The position numbers were made by a program, and so were the translations under genes. The notes under the pieces were generated by a model. It saw nothing but the letters and a program-made list of their open reading frames with translations, did not search any database and had not been told where the DNA came from. A stretch of 63,614 nt of DNA, counting the filler, from Nemertoderma westbladi (Eukaryota > Animalia > Xenacoelomorpha), in assembly GCA_032718475.1 (NCBI GenBank). It is 5 parts of 5 records of this genome, joined end to end, with 100 filler letters (N's around TTAATTAATTAA, not from the genome) between each part and the next. Parts side by side here need not be neighbours in the genome. Positions count along the whole stretch, not along the records: positions 52,355 to 59,510 come from JAUCBJ010002584.1; positions 59,611 to 63,614 come from JAUCBJ010002516.1; 3 more parts are not named here. One strand, given 5' to 3'. This document shows, piece by piece, positions 52,534-63,614 of the stretch; within the stretch, counting starts at the first letter, position 1; each line of letters begins with the position of its first letter.

Positions 52534-55500
52534 TCCGTAGTTCTCGAGTATCAGTTAATTTAGTAAACTTACCGACTCCAATAAAGCGAGACAACCTCAG
52601 TAGTTCTCGAGTATCAGTTAATTTAGTAAACTTACCGACTCCAATAAAGCGAGACAACCTCCGTAGTTCTCGAGTATCAGTTAATTTAGTAAACTTACCG
52701 ACTCCAATAAAGCGAGACAACCTCAGTAGTTCTCGAGTATCAGTTAATTTAGTAAACTTACCGACTCCAATAAAGCGCGACAACCTCCGTGGTTCTCGAG
52801 TATCAGTTAATTTAGTAAACTTACCGACTCCAATAAAGCGAGACAACCTCCGTAGTTCTCGAGTATCAGTTAATTTAGTAAACTTACCGACTCCAATAAG
52901 GCGAGATAACCTCCGTGGTTCTCGAGTATCAGTTAATTTAGTAAACTTACCAACTCCAATAAAGCGAGACAACCTCCGTAGTTCTCGAGTATCACTTAAT
53001 TTAGTAAACTTACCAACTCCAATAAAGCGAGACAACCTCAGTGGTTCTCGAGTATCAGTTAATTTAGTAAACTTACCGACTCCAATAAAGCGAGACAACC
53101 TCCGTAGTTCTCGAGTATCAGTTAATTTAGTAAACTTACCAACTCCAATAAAGCGAGACAACCTCCGTGGTTCTCGAGTATCAGTTAATTTAGTAAACTT
53201 ACCGACTCCAATAAAGCGAGACAACCTCCGTGGTTCTCGAGTATCAGTTAATTTAGTAAACTTACCGACTCCAATAAGGCGAGACAACCTCAGTAGTTCT
53301 CGAGTATCAGTTAATTTAGTAAACTTACCGACTCCAATAAAGCGAGACAACCTCAGTAGTTCTCGAGTATCAGTTAATTTAGTAAACTTACCAACTCCAA
53401 TAAAGCGAGACAACCTCCGTGGTTCTCGAGTATCAGTTAATTTAGTAAACTTACCAACTCCAATAAAGCGAGACAACCTCAGTAGTTCTCGAGTATCAGT
53501 TAATTTAGTAAACTTACCAACTCCAATAAAGCGAGACAACCTCCGTGGTTCTCGAGTATCAGTTAATTTAGTAAACTTACCAACTCCAATAAAGCGAGAC
53601 AACCTCCGTGGTTCTCGAGTATCAGTTAATTTAGTAAACTTACCAACTCCAATAAAGCGAGACAACCTCCGTAGTTCTCGAGTATCAGTTAATTTAGTAA
53701 ACTTACCAACTCCAATAAAGCGAGACAACCTCCGTGGTTCTCGAGTATCAGTTAATTTAGTAAACTTACCAACTCCAATAAAGCGAGACAACCTCCGTGG
53801 TTCTCGAGTATCAGTTAATTTAGTAAACTTACCAACTCCAATAAAGCGAGACAACCCCCGTAGTTCTCGAGTATCACTTAATTTAGTAAACTTACCGACT
53901 CCAATAAGGCGAGACAACCTCCGTAGTTCTCGAGTATCAGTTAATTTAGTAAACTTACCGACTCCAATAAAGCGAGACAACCTCAGTAGTTCTCGAGTAT
54001 CAGTTAATTTAGTAAACTTACCAACTCCAATAAAGCGAGACAACCTCCGTGGTTCTCGAGTATCAGTTAATTTAGTAAACTTACCAACTCCAATAAAGCG
54101 AGACAACCTCCGTGGTTCTCGAGTATCAGTTAATTTAGTAAACTTACCAACTCCAATAAAGCGAGACAACCTCCGTGGTTCTCGAGTATCAGTTAATTTA
54201 GTAAACTTACCGACTCCAATAAAGCGAGACAACCTCCGTGGTTCTCGAGTATCAGTTAATTTAGTAAACTTACCGACTCCAATAAGGCGAGACAACCTCC
54301 GTAGTTCTCGAGTATCAGTTAATTTAGTAAACTTACCAACTCCAATAAAGCGAGACAACCTCCGTGGTTCTCGAGTATCAGTTAATTTAGTAAACTTACC
54401 AACTCCAATAAAGCGAGACAACCTCCGTGGTTCTCGAGTATCAGTTAATTTAGTAAACTTACCAACTCCAATAAAGCGAGACAACCTCCGTAGTTCTCGA
54501 GTATCAGTTAATTTAGTAAACTTACCGACTCCAATAAGGCGAGACAACCTCCGTAGTTCTCGAGTATGAGTTAATTTAGTAAACTTACCGAATCCAATAA
54601 GGCGAGACAACCTCCGTAGTTCTCGAGTATCAGTTAATTTAGTAAACTTACCGCCTCCAATAAGGCGAGACAACCTCCGTGGTTCTTGAGTATCAGTTAA
54701 TTTAGTAAACTTACCGACTCCAATAAAGCGAGACAACCTCAGTAGCTCTCGAGTATCAGTTAATTTAGTAAACTTACCGACTCCAATAAGGCGAGACAAC
54801 CTCCGTAGTTCTCGAGTATCAGTTAATTTAGTAAACTTACCGACTCCAATAAGGCGAGACAACCTCCGTGGTTCTCGAGTATCAGTTAATTTAGTAAACT
54901 TACCGACTCCAATAAAGCGAGACAACCTCCGCAGTTCTCGAGTATCAGTTAATTTAGTAAACTTACCGACTCCAATAAGGCGAGACAACCTCCGTGGTTC
55001 TCGAGTATCAGTTAATTTAGTAAACTTACCGACTCCAATAAAGCGAGACAACCCCCGTAGTTCTCGAGTATCAGTTAATTTAGTAAACTTACCGACTCCA
55101 ATAAGGCGAGACAACCTCCGTGGTTCTCGAGTATCAGTTAATTTAGTAAACTTACCGACTCCAATAAGGCGAGACAACCTCCGTGGTTCTCGAGTATCAG
55201 TTAATTTAGTAAACTTACCGACTCCAATAAAGCGAGACAACCCCCGTAGTTCTCGAGTATCAGTTAATTTAGTAAACTTACCGACTCCAATAAGGCGAGA
55301 CAACCTCAGTAGTTCTCGAGTATCAGTTAATTTAGTAAACTTTACCGACTCCAATAAAGCGAGACAACCTCCGTAGTTCTCGAGTATCAGTTAATTTAGT
55401 AAACTTACCGACTCCAATAAGGCGAGACAACCTCCGTGGTTCTCGAGTATCAGTTAATTTAGTAAACTTACCGACTCCAATAAGGCGAGACAACCTCCGT

Positions 55501-57380
55501 GGTTCTCGAGTATCAGTTAATTTAGTAAACTTACCGACTCCAATAAGGCGAGACAACCTCCGTGGTTCTCGAGTATCAGTTAATTTAGTAAACTTACCGA
55601 CTCCAATAAGGCGAGACAACCTCCGTGGTTCTCGAGTATCAGTTAATTTAGTAAACTTACCGACTCCAATAAGGCGAGACAACCTCCGTGGTTCTCGAGT
55701 ATCAGTTAATTTAGTAAACTTACCGACTCCAATAAGGCGAGACAACCCCCGTAGTTCTCGAGTCTCAGTTAATTTAGTAAACTTACCGACTCCAATAAGG
55801 CGAGACAACCTCCGTGGTTCTCGAGTATCAGTTAATTTAGTAAACTTACCGACTCCAATAAAGCGAGACAACCCCCGTAGTTCTCGAATATCAGTTAATT
55901 TAGTAAACTTACCGACTCCAATAAGGCGAGACAACCTCCGTGGTTCTCGAGTATCAGTTAATTTAGTAAACTTACCGACTCCAATAAGGCGAGACAACCT
56001 TCGTAGTTCTCGAGTATCAGTTAATTTAGTAAACTTACCGACTCCAATAAGGCGAGACAACCTCCGTGGTTCTCGAGTATCAGTTAATTTAGTAAACTTA
56101 CCGACTCCAATAAAGCGAGACAACCCCCGTAGTTCTCGAATATCAGTTAATTTAGTAAACTTACCGACTCCAATAAAGCGAGACAACCTCCGTGGTTCTC
56201 GAGTATCAGTTAATTTAGTAAACTTACCGACTCCAATAAGGCGAGACAACCCCCGTAGTTCTCGAGTATCAGTTAATTTAGTAAACTTACCGACTCCAAT
56301 AAGGCGAGACAACCTCCGTGGTTCTCGAGTATCAGTTATTTTAGTAAACTTACCGACTCCAATAAGGCGAGATAACCTCAGTAGTTCTCGAGTATCAGTT
56401 AATTTAGTAAACTTTACCGACTCCAATAAAGCGAGACAACCCCCGTAGTTCTCGAGTATCAGTTAATTTAGTAAACTTACCGACTCCAATAAGGCGAGAC
56501 AACCTCCGTGGTTCTCGAGTATCAGTTAATTTAGTAAACTTACTGACTCCAATAAAGCGAGACAACCTCCGTAGTTCTCGAGTATCAGTTAATTTAGTAA
56601 ACTTACCGACTCCAATAAGGCGAGACAACCTCCGTGATTCTCGAGTATCAGTTAATTTAGTAAACTTACCGACTCCAATAAAGCGAGACAACCTCCGTAG
56701 TTCTCGAGTATCAGTTAATTTAGTAAACTTACCGACTCCAATAAAGCGAGACAACCTCCGTGGTTCTCGAGTATCAGTTAATTTAGTAAACTTACCGACT
56801 CCAATAAGGCGAGACAACCTCCGTGGTTCTCGAGTATCAGTTAATTTAGTAAACTTACCGACTCCAATAAGGCGAGACAACCTCCGTGGTTCTCGAGTAT
56901 CAGTTAATTTAGTAAACTTACCGACTCCAATAAAGCGAGACAACCTCCGTAGTTCTCGAGTATCAGTTAATTTAGTGAACTTACCGACTCCAATAAAGCG
57001 AGACAACCTCCGTAGTTCTCGCGTATCAGTTAATTTAGTAAACTTACCGACTCCAATAAAGCCCCGAGTATCAGTTAATTTAGTAAACTTACCGACTCCA
57101 ATAAAGCGAGACAACCTCCGTAGTTCTCGAGTATCAGTTAATTTAGTAAACTTACCGACTCCAATAAAGCGAGACAACCTCCGTAGTTCTCGAGTATCAG
57201 TTAATTTAGTAAACTTACCAACTCCAATAAAGCGAGACAACCTCAGTAGTTCTCGAGTATCAGTTAATTTAGTAAACTTACCGACTCCAATAAAGCGAGA
57301 CAACCTCTGTAGTTCTCGAGTATCAGTTAATTTAGTAAACTTACCGACTCCAATAAAGCGAGACAACCTCCGTAGTTCTC
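52534..57380 (-). repeat. 63-bp tandem array, ~77 copies, of an exon-end plus 5' splice site unit
   Basis: Minus-strand unit GAGAACTACGGAGGTTGTCTCGCTTTATTGGAGTCG|GTAAGTTTACTAAATTAACTGATACTC. Confidence 0.97.
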
Positions 57381-57464
57381 TTCAGTTTGTTTAAGTTCAG
57401 TTAAAACATCTCTCCGTCTAGCTCGGCGCACACTGCATTGACCACATACGAGGCAATCCGAAAT
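57345..57464 (-). CDS. 120-nt phase 0-0 exon encoding the start of a RhoGEF (DH) domain
   Basis: Not in the ORF track. Acceptor TATTTCAG|ATT, donor TCG|GTAAGT. Translates ISDCLVCGQCSVRRARRRDVLTELKQTEENYGGCLALLES, matching DH helix 1 'R..V..EL..TE..Y...L..L'. Other exons not identified. Confidence 0.65.
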
Positions 57465-57848
57465 CTGAAATACAATAACAAGTTAAAAAACGTTGACCAC
57501 TGTTATAAATAGTTACAATTGTTTCCTCTCATTGAAAAGTAGAATTTCGTATAATTTCCATCTAGTTGGTGTTAGCAAATAAAAAAAGACTATTCTTCGA
57601 TAAAATAAAAGTAAGCGGAAAACACCGCTTTTTTTCACTCATTTTCAATTTAGCGAAACTCAAATATTCTGTCCGAGTGGTTGAGTATTAAAGGAGTTGG
57701 CAAGTTTTTAGCACGAGCGAAGCGAGTATTAAAATGCCATCAATTTTAAAAATATTAGTGAGAAAAGAGCCTTTTTCAAATTTGTACAAAAAAAAGTATT
57801 TCATTTCAAAGTATTTCAAAATTCCATTCAAAAGTATTTTGTTCTCTA

Positions 57849-58564
57849 GGGGTCGTCCAAGTATGACGTCAGCACTTTAGGGGGGAAGGGGGGTTGGGAA
57901 AATCTGATGACGTGCTGATGAGGGGAGGGGAGGGGGTCAGCCAAAATCTGACGTCAGCATGTTCATTTATAGGTGCTAGAAGAGATATAGCAGAAGAGTA
58001 AATAGCTTGCCTATTTTAATTGTTCGAAGCCCCCGAAGGCCCGTAGCACGACCTTCTGTTTCAGTTACCAGTCACCATGTTTCAGTGATTAGGACGCGTG
58101 CTACTGGGGTACTGCGGTACTGGGGTTCGCCTGAAAATGAAACATTAATCCTAAGCTAATGATTGTTAGAGACTGCAGTACCGGTACCTCTACCGGTTCA
58201 TATAGGCCTCATTATTAGCTTATGTTTGTTTATTATCATTCATAAACTGCTGTCGCATCAGGTACAAGTATGTAAACGATAGGCTATCCTACTACAACTC
58301 TATACCTTCCTATATAGATAAGCTATGTAACTACAGCCAGCCCCCGTCTGCCCGCCCCCCCCCCCCCCCCCCCCTCCAATGCAATATAATACCTTTATCC
58401 TGCTGATAATAGTTTATTACAAAAAATTGTTTTAATCTGATTTAGGGGGGGGGGGGGGGGGGGGGGGGGGTGTCAACGCCTATCTTCTGATGACATCTGA
58501 TTTAGGGGAGGGAGGGGGTCAATCATTTTGGGGAAAAGTGCAGACGTCATACTTGGACGGCCCC
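57849..58564. mobile_element. MITE with 30-bp TIRs, G/C-run-rich
   Basis: TIR GGGG(T/C)CGTCCAAGTATGACGTC(A/T)GCACTTT, 2 mismatches, flanked by TA on both sides. No ORF. Superfamily (Zator/Harbinger-like) uncertain. Confidence 0.85.
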
Positions 58565-59100
58565 TAACACGGAAGTTCATGTTAGATTAGCAAATTATAA
58601 CAAATTGAAACATGTAGTTCCTTTTGGTGTTAGCAATTCAATAATTATGGGAATTTTGGGAAATAGAAGTAGAAGGGTTTAGGCCTACTGTGTAAGATCA
58701 CCCATGGTGGTGAACATGCATTCCTTGGCTTAACGAGCCTAAAAGATTCTCCCATTCAATTAAATAATTAGGCCTTTATTTTACTTTTTTTTCACTATTC
58801 TCGAGGCATTGTATTTACCGAGCGCTAGCTGGGTTAATAAATATGGTCGAGCTCGAGAGTATATGTTTCGCCCCTCACAGTAGCTGATAGCAGGATAGGC
58901 CTACGCTATGAGGTACGGTACTACTATAGTAATACAGACGGCGGAATAAATCTCAATAAATCGAGTAGTCTAAATCGAGTATGAATTATCGTTATTATGA
59001 CTGTATGATGATGATTACCTAGTCATATTATGATCATTACCTTGTCATAAGTATTTCGTGAATTATATTTAAGTAATTGGCAATTGGTATCAGAACAACA

Positions 59101-59510
59101 ATGCCTCAACACAACACCACAATACGGCCAACCCTCAACACAATACTTCCCGAACCACCAAAACTATTGTGTTTCGATAAGGAAGAATTCGCGAGGCATC
59201 ACTTCGATGTTGACGAGTTCGTAGCGAAATCTCGTAGATCCGTCGACTTGGAAACTCTACGAAACGACTTGGCCGTCTATAACAAATCGCTGAAATCTGC
59301 CCTAGTCGAACTGATAAACAGAGATTACGCGGACTTTGTCAATTTATCGGCCAACATGGTGGGATTAGACAAAGGAATATCAAATATACAAACTCCGCTC
59401 GGGCAACTAAAGGAAGAAATACTCGAAACGCAAACCCGATTGAAAACAATGCAGAAAAACATCGACTCTTATATAGAGAACAAGAGAACCATCGATATAA
59501 AACAAGAGCT
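59101..59510 (+). CDS. COG2: Conserved oligomeric Golgi complex subunit 2, 5' part, cut by gap
   Basis: 'LCFDKEEF...FDVDEFV...LETLRNDL..Y...LK.ALVELINRDYADFVNLS.N.VG.DK.I......LGQLKEE' is the COG2 N-terminal domain. Confidence 0.95.
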
Positions 59511-59610
59511 NNNNNNNNNNNNNNNNNNNNNNNNNNNNNNNNNNNNNNNNNNNNTTAATTAATTAANNNNNNNNNNNNNNNNNNNNNNNNNNNNNNNNNN
59601 NNNNNNNNNN
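59511..59610. other. Artificial contig linker
   Basis: N44-TTAATTAATTAA-N44. Confidence 0.97.
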
Positions 59611-59770
59611 TATTTATCAATATCATCAATCCTGCACCGTGTACTGACACACTGTATTGTACTCGTACTTAGATCCCGGTACCGGTACAGTAGTATATTA
59701 GTTAGTCAGTTAGTAGGCTGCTGTAAGGGGGTAAAACGAACTTAGATCCTTGTCATTGCATTCGCGACAA

Positions 59771-60695
59771 CGCATGTCCTTAGATCATTATAATGATGAT
59801 GGGGTGATGATAACTCCACCTACTGGCTCCAGAAGTCGAGGAAATCCTGCCAAGTACCTAACTGATCTAGACTTTGCTGATGACTTAGGAGTACTCTCAG
59901 AATTATTAGAGGGAGCCCAACGGCTCCCCAGCTCATTAGAACATGCTGCTTCTAGTGTTGGTCTTTTTATTAACTCCAGAAAGACCACAATTCTGACAGT
60001 TAACTTTGAAAGTCCTCAGCAAGTCTCTGATCGGATGAGCATAAGCTCAAAGGATGGTATGCTTGATCATGTGGACGACTTCTGTTACCTGGGATCATGG
60101 ATCCGGAAGTCATGTGAGGACCTTCGAATACGTAAGGGAAAGGCATGGGCAGCCTTGAATAGGCTTTCCAGGATTTGGAAGTCACCGAGAATTAATCGGA
60201 AACTTAAGGTCCGATTATTTAGAGCAGCAGTAGTTCCAGTACTCCTCTACGGGAGTCCATGCTGGGCTCTAACTGCTGAGGACACCAAATCTCTGGATGG
60301 CACATTCACAAGAATGCTACGCCGGGTTCATTGTGTCAAGTACAATGCACACATCTCCAACCAGACACTATATAACATTGGAGGTGTCTCATTGGTTCCC
60401 CCAAGCTTGACACTAGAACAAAATCGCCTCCGCTTTGCAGGACATTGCTTTCGCCGTGAGGACAAGCCAGTGCATAATCTTGTACTTTGGCAGCCTCATG
60501 GAGTGAATAAGCATGGTGGACAGCCCATGACTTTCTTGAGACGCATCTTAAAGGACACTGGCCTTAAAGATGCGGATGATCTAGCAAATGTCATGGGTGA
60601 TAGGGAGTTGTGTCGGTGCAATTTTGTTGACAAGCCGGCACAGCATTCTTAAAAATGCACTGCAATGCAGCATGCCGATCCTAGTAGTAGTAGTA
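59771..60695 (+). mobile_element. 5'-truncated RTE-clade LINE, near-identical to the copy at 50326
   Basis: Uninterrupted C-terminal ORF (DLDFADD, FCYLGS, RLRFAGHCFR) and (TAG)5 tail. No TSD found. Confidence 0.95.
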
Positions 60696-61683
60696 GGAAA
60701 CCCTGAATTACACGTGCCGTGAAACGGGGTTCGAAATCAGAAACAAATCCAGGAAGACCATTTGTTCTTACAGAAATCGAGGAAGATTGTTTCATAAAAA
60801 CTATAAACCATCTAACTGATTGGAAATTTCCTCTAACGGCATTTGATGTTGAGCTTCTAGTGAAAGATTACCTGGACAAAGCTGGTCGAGTGACGCGATT
60901 AAAAACGAACGTTGTCGGTAAAGTTATTAATGTCTATAATGACCAGTTTAAAGTTGAAGTGGAGTATACCGAGCGGATTAAATCCACCATTAAACTGACT
61001 AGCACTGTAAGCATTGTACTGACGGATCCACCAAGATTTGGGGTGCATGGGTATGATATGATTAGGAGAAAACTGTCTATGCCAGTGTATTACGGGGGCA
61101 CTGCTCGGGCTAAGAATACTTTTAGATTCAATCTGACAACATTCGGCGATGAATCTCTCCCTGAATAAAACTGTAATTGATGGATGTTAGATAACAGAGT
61201 GTGACACCAGTAAACTGTACTGTAATGGTACAGTCTGCGTTAATGGTTAATAATTATTAATATTGATAGAATATTGATATTATGCATGTATTAATATTAA
61301 TAAAATTAAACAATTAAATTTTTCAAAACAACAATCTAACTGTAGCCTAGTAGCAATATCAAGAATATATAATTCGCATAAGGGGAGTCTAACATGGATA
61401 AAATTGACACTCATCAAAGGACTCTATGTGCTGTAAAACATGATTTAAAATAGCAAGAACCTAGAAAATCCAAGTTAGCCGAATTGGGGGTAACTTGGAT
61501 AGGTTCATTTGGCAGATAATTTCTGCAACTATATTTAATACTGAGCCTTGGAAAGACGTTATTCTGAAAGCCGAGATTCTATTTGGTATATATTTGAAAT
61601 TTTGAGTTTGTCCATCCTTTCTAAGAGCCCTAAAATGTACGTAATATACTCAAATCATATCCAAGTAACCCTGTCTGACGGTA
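60696..61683 (+). mobile_element. Internally deleted pogo/Tigger-like transposon remnant
   Basis: 'GRP.VLT..EE...I......WKFPLT..D....VK.YL' (CENP-B-type HTH). Right end TATCCAAGTAACCCTGTCTGACGG followed by TA, with an internal inverted copy GGGGTAACTTGGATA at ~61487. Left TIR absent. Confidence 0.6.
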
Positions 61684-63614
61684 TGTAGTTTTATTCCAAA
61701 ATTGTAACATTACGAAATGATTGTATATATATTATAAGTGATAGAAACTGCACAAATTAAATTAGTTGCTGTATAAATAAATGTAAAAGTGACATAAATT
61801 ATGTTATAAATAAGTTAGCTTATATTTATGGTGGCGTTTGGAGCCATGTTATAATAATATAGCTAGGCCCTACTGGTTATTAATAGCTATACCCCGTACC
61901 GCTACCGGTAGGTATTGCAGTAGGACTATCTGGCTGTCAGGCAAATTTCCACCTGTTGTTTACGTGGTAACCAATGATGCCGTAACTTTACAGCTCGCCG
62001 TCATTGGTTACCACATAAACAAGGGACATTACAACACCCACTACAATACTAATTGTACAGGCCAATACAATGCTGTAATGTCCTCTAAGGTTGTAAAGTG
62101 CTAAATAACAACTCGCTGTTAATACTAACGGCGTTGAGTAATGTTAAAATTTTGGAATAAAATTATTTACAATTTGAAAAATTCGAGTTTCTATTAGTTA
62201 GACGTTACAAAGATGTTGACCACGTTTTCTGGCTTTGCGATAGCGATGAGTTAAGAAGGGGGACTACTCTCTTCTAGGATGTCCTTTAGTACCGGGTGTT
62301 TCAGAGTCTATGGTTCCAGGGATCGAGGCGGTATTAATTACAATAATTTTGATTAATATCAGCTATTACATGAAATACAAGGCTTTTTTCGAAATTCTAT
62401 AAGATAAATGTGGAAGAACAGCCGAAACCCTATCTAATCAGCTTAAAATCATGATTTATTTGGATATAGGGGTTTTCTTGTTCGAGGAATTTATTTCAAG
62501 TGTCAGTTATATAACATTTGATGACTACCAAATTTACTGTTTGGCTGTCAGGCTGTGTGTGACAGACTGACAGGCATACAGATAGAAATGACGAGGCAAA
62601 ATTTGAATATTATCATCAGAAATGAAGTCACCCACCACGAAAACCCATATGAGGAAAATAACATATGTAATAATGCATATATTTGGAATCAGGAAAACGA
62701 GGCGCATCTTTCTAGCCATAAGTCTTATAAGACGAAATTATGAAGTCCTAAGGAGTTATTTTTTTTACCAAAACCGTTTATCTCAACTTCTGTCTATAAT
62801 AGTTATAATCCTAAAACCATCTATCTTTACTTAGATTAATTTGGGATTAAACACTTAAAGTTTGAATTTATGGTTTCCTTTAAGTCGAAACCGTCTATCT
62901 GTGTATTCTATTCTATATGTGTACAATATTATGTCTAGTTGTATTCGTTTCGATTCAATATGGTAGATACTCAATGTAGTGCACAGACCCGTCAAATCCT
63001 ATGGGCTACCAGGGTGTCAGGCCATTGGTGGTTGCCATATAAACGAGCCCCACCTACTTCATATTGATCAGCTGATTCTTTGGTAGTACAAAAATAAATA
63101 GCAAAAATAAACTGTTACCTGTGCTATTGACTCACGTTTATTGTTTTGCTTAGATTAATTCGTCACTATAACATGCTCCTTTCCCATTAAATCTCCGGAT
63201 ATAACGATATTGATTGGTTGTATGAAGTTTTGTTAGGATGACTATAATGTCTTGTTGGTCACTAAGTTAAAACGCATCTTAGCAACTAACTACCTCTGTA
63301 AATATACTGTATTGGCTGGCAGCTTTTCTTCCTTCCCCATAGAGGATATGGCGGCTCTGTGTAGTACATTGACTATTACCCATTCAATATCTAATAAATT
63401 ATTGATTTTTTTTTGCCAAAACAGTCTATCTCTATGATCTACAATACAATAATTTACTGTATTCAGATAGATATCCTGATATTACTGAGGCTGTAGCTCC
63501 GAAAACATCGCGTCATCTTGCTCATTCAAATTTTCGAGCACGTACGGATTGTCAATATTTAGGCCTACCACCAGGTCCGGTACTGCTAACAGCGATTCTG
63601 TAGGATCTGAGGAT

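Noticed and set aside
52475-57366. 959/364/320-aa repeat ORFs (KFTKLTDTRELRRLSRFIGVG)n as a protein
   Set aside because: By-product of a 63-bp unit lacking stops in one frame. It has no ATG start, is broken by two +1 insertions, and is not the frame of the source exon.
40706-57380. CRISPR-like arrays, or an RT-plus-array (retron/DGR-like) system
   Set aside because: Units are head-to-tail with no unique spacers and there are no cas genes. The neighbouring RTs are ordinary truncated LINEs.

Overview
AT-rich, repeat-dense animal (probably invertebrate) nuclear DNA, not a prokaryotic window. It is five contigs joined by identical artificial 100-nt linkers (N44-TTAATTAATTAA-N44) at 17797, 34832, 52255 and 59511, so adjacency across gaps is not biological. 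Host genes: three 5' exons of beta-spectrin (+), four 3' exons of an Eomes/Tbr1-class T-box gene (-), the 5' part of COG2 (+), a probable RhoGEF (DH) exon (-) and the start of a 7TM receptor-like ORF. Most of the rest is decayed transposons: a full-length P/THAP element with 64-bp TIRs and 7-bp TSD inserted into a hAT transposase, MULE, pogo and CR1/L2-type remnants, three copies of one RTE family, an RTEX-like LINE, a Gypsy (Mag-like) element and MITEs. There are also large tandem arrays (11, 21, 22, 33, 63 bp). The most unusual observation is the 4.8-kb 63-bp array: it is a ~77-fold amplification of an exon/intron junction (36 nt of DH-domain exon plus 27 nt of intron), giving ~77 GTAAGT 5' splice sites in tandem. 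All family assignments come from motif recognition by eye; no searches were run.
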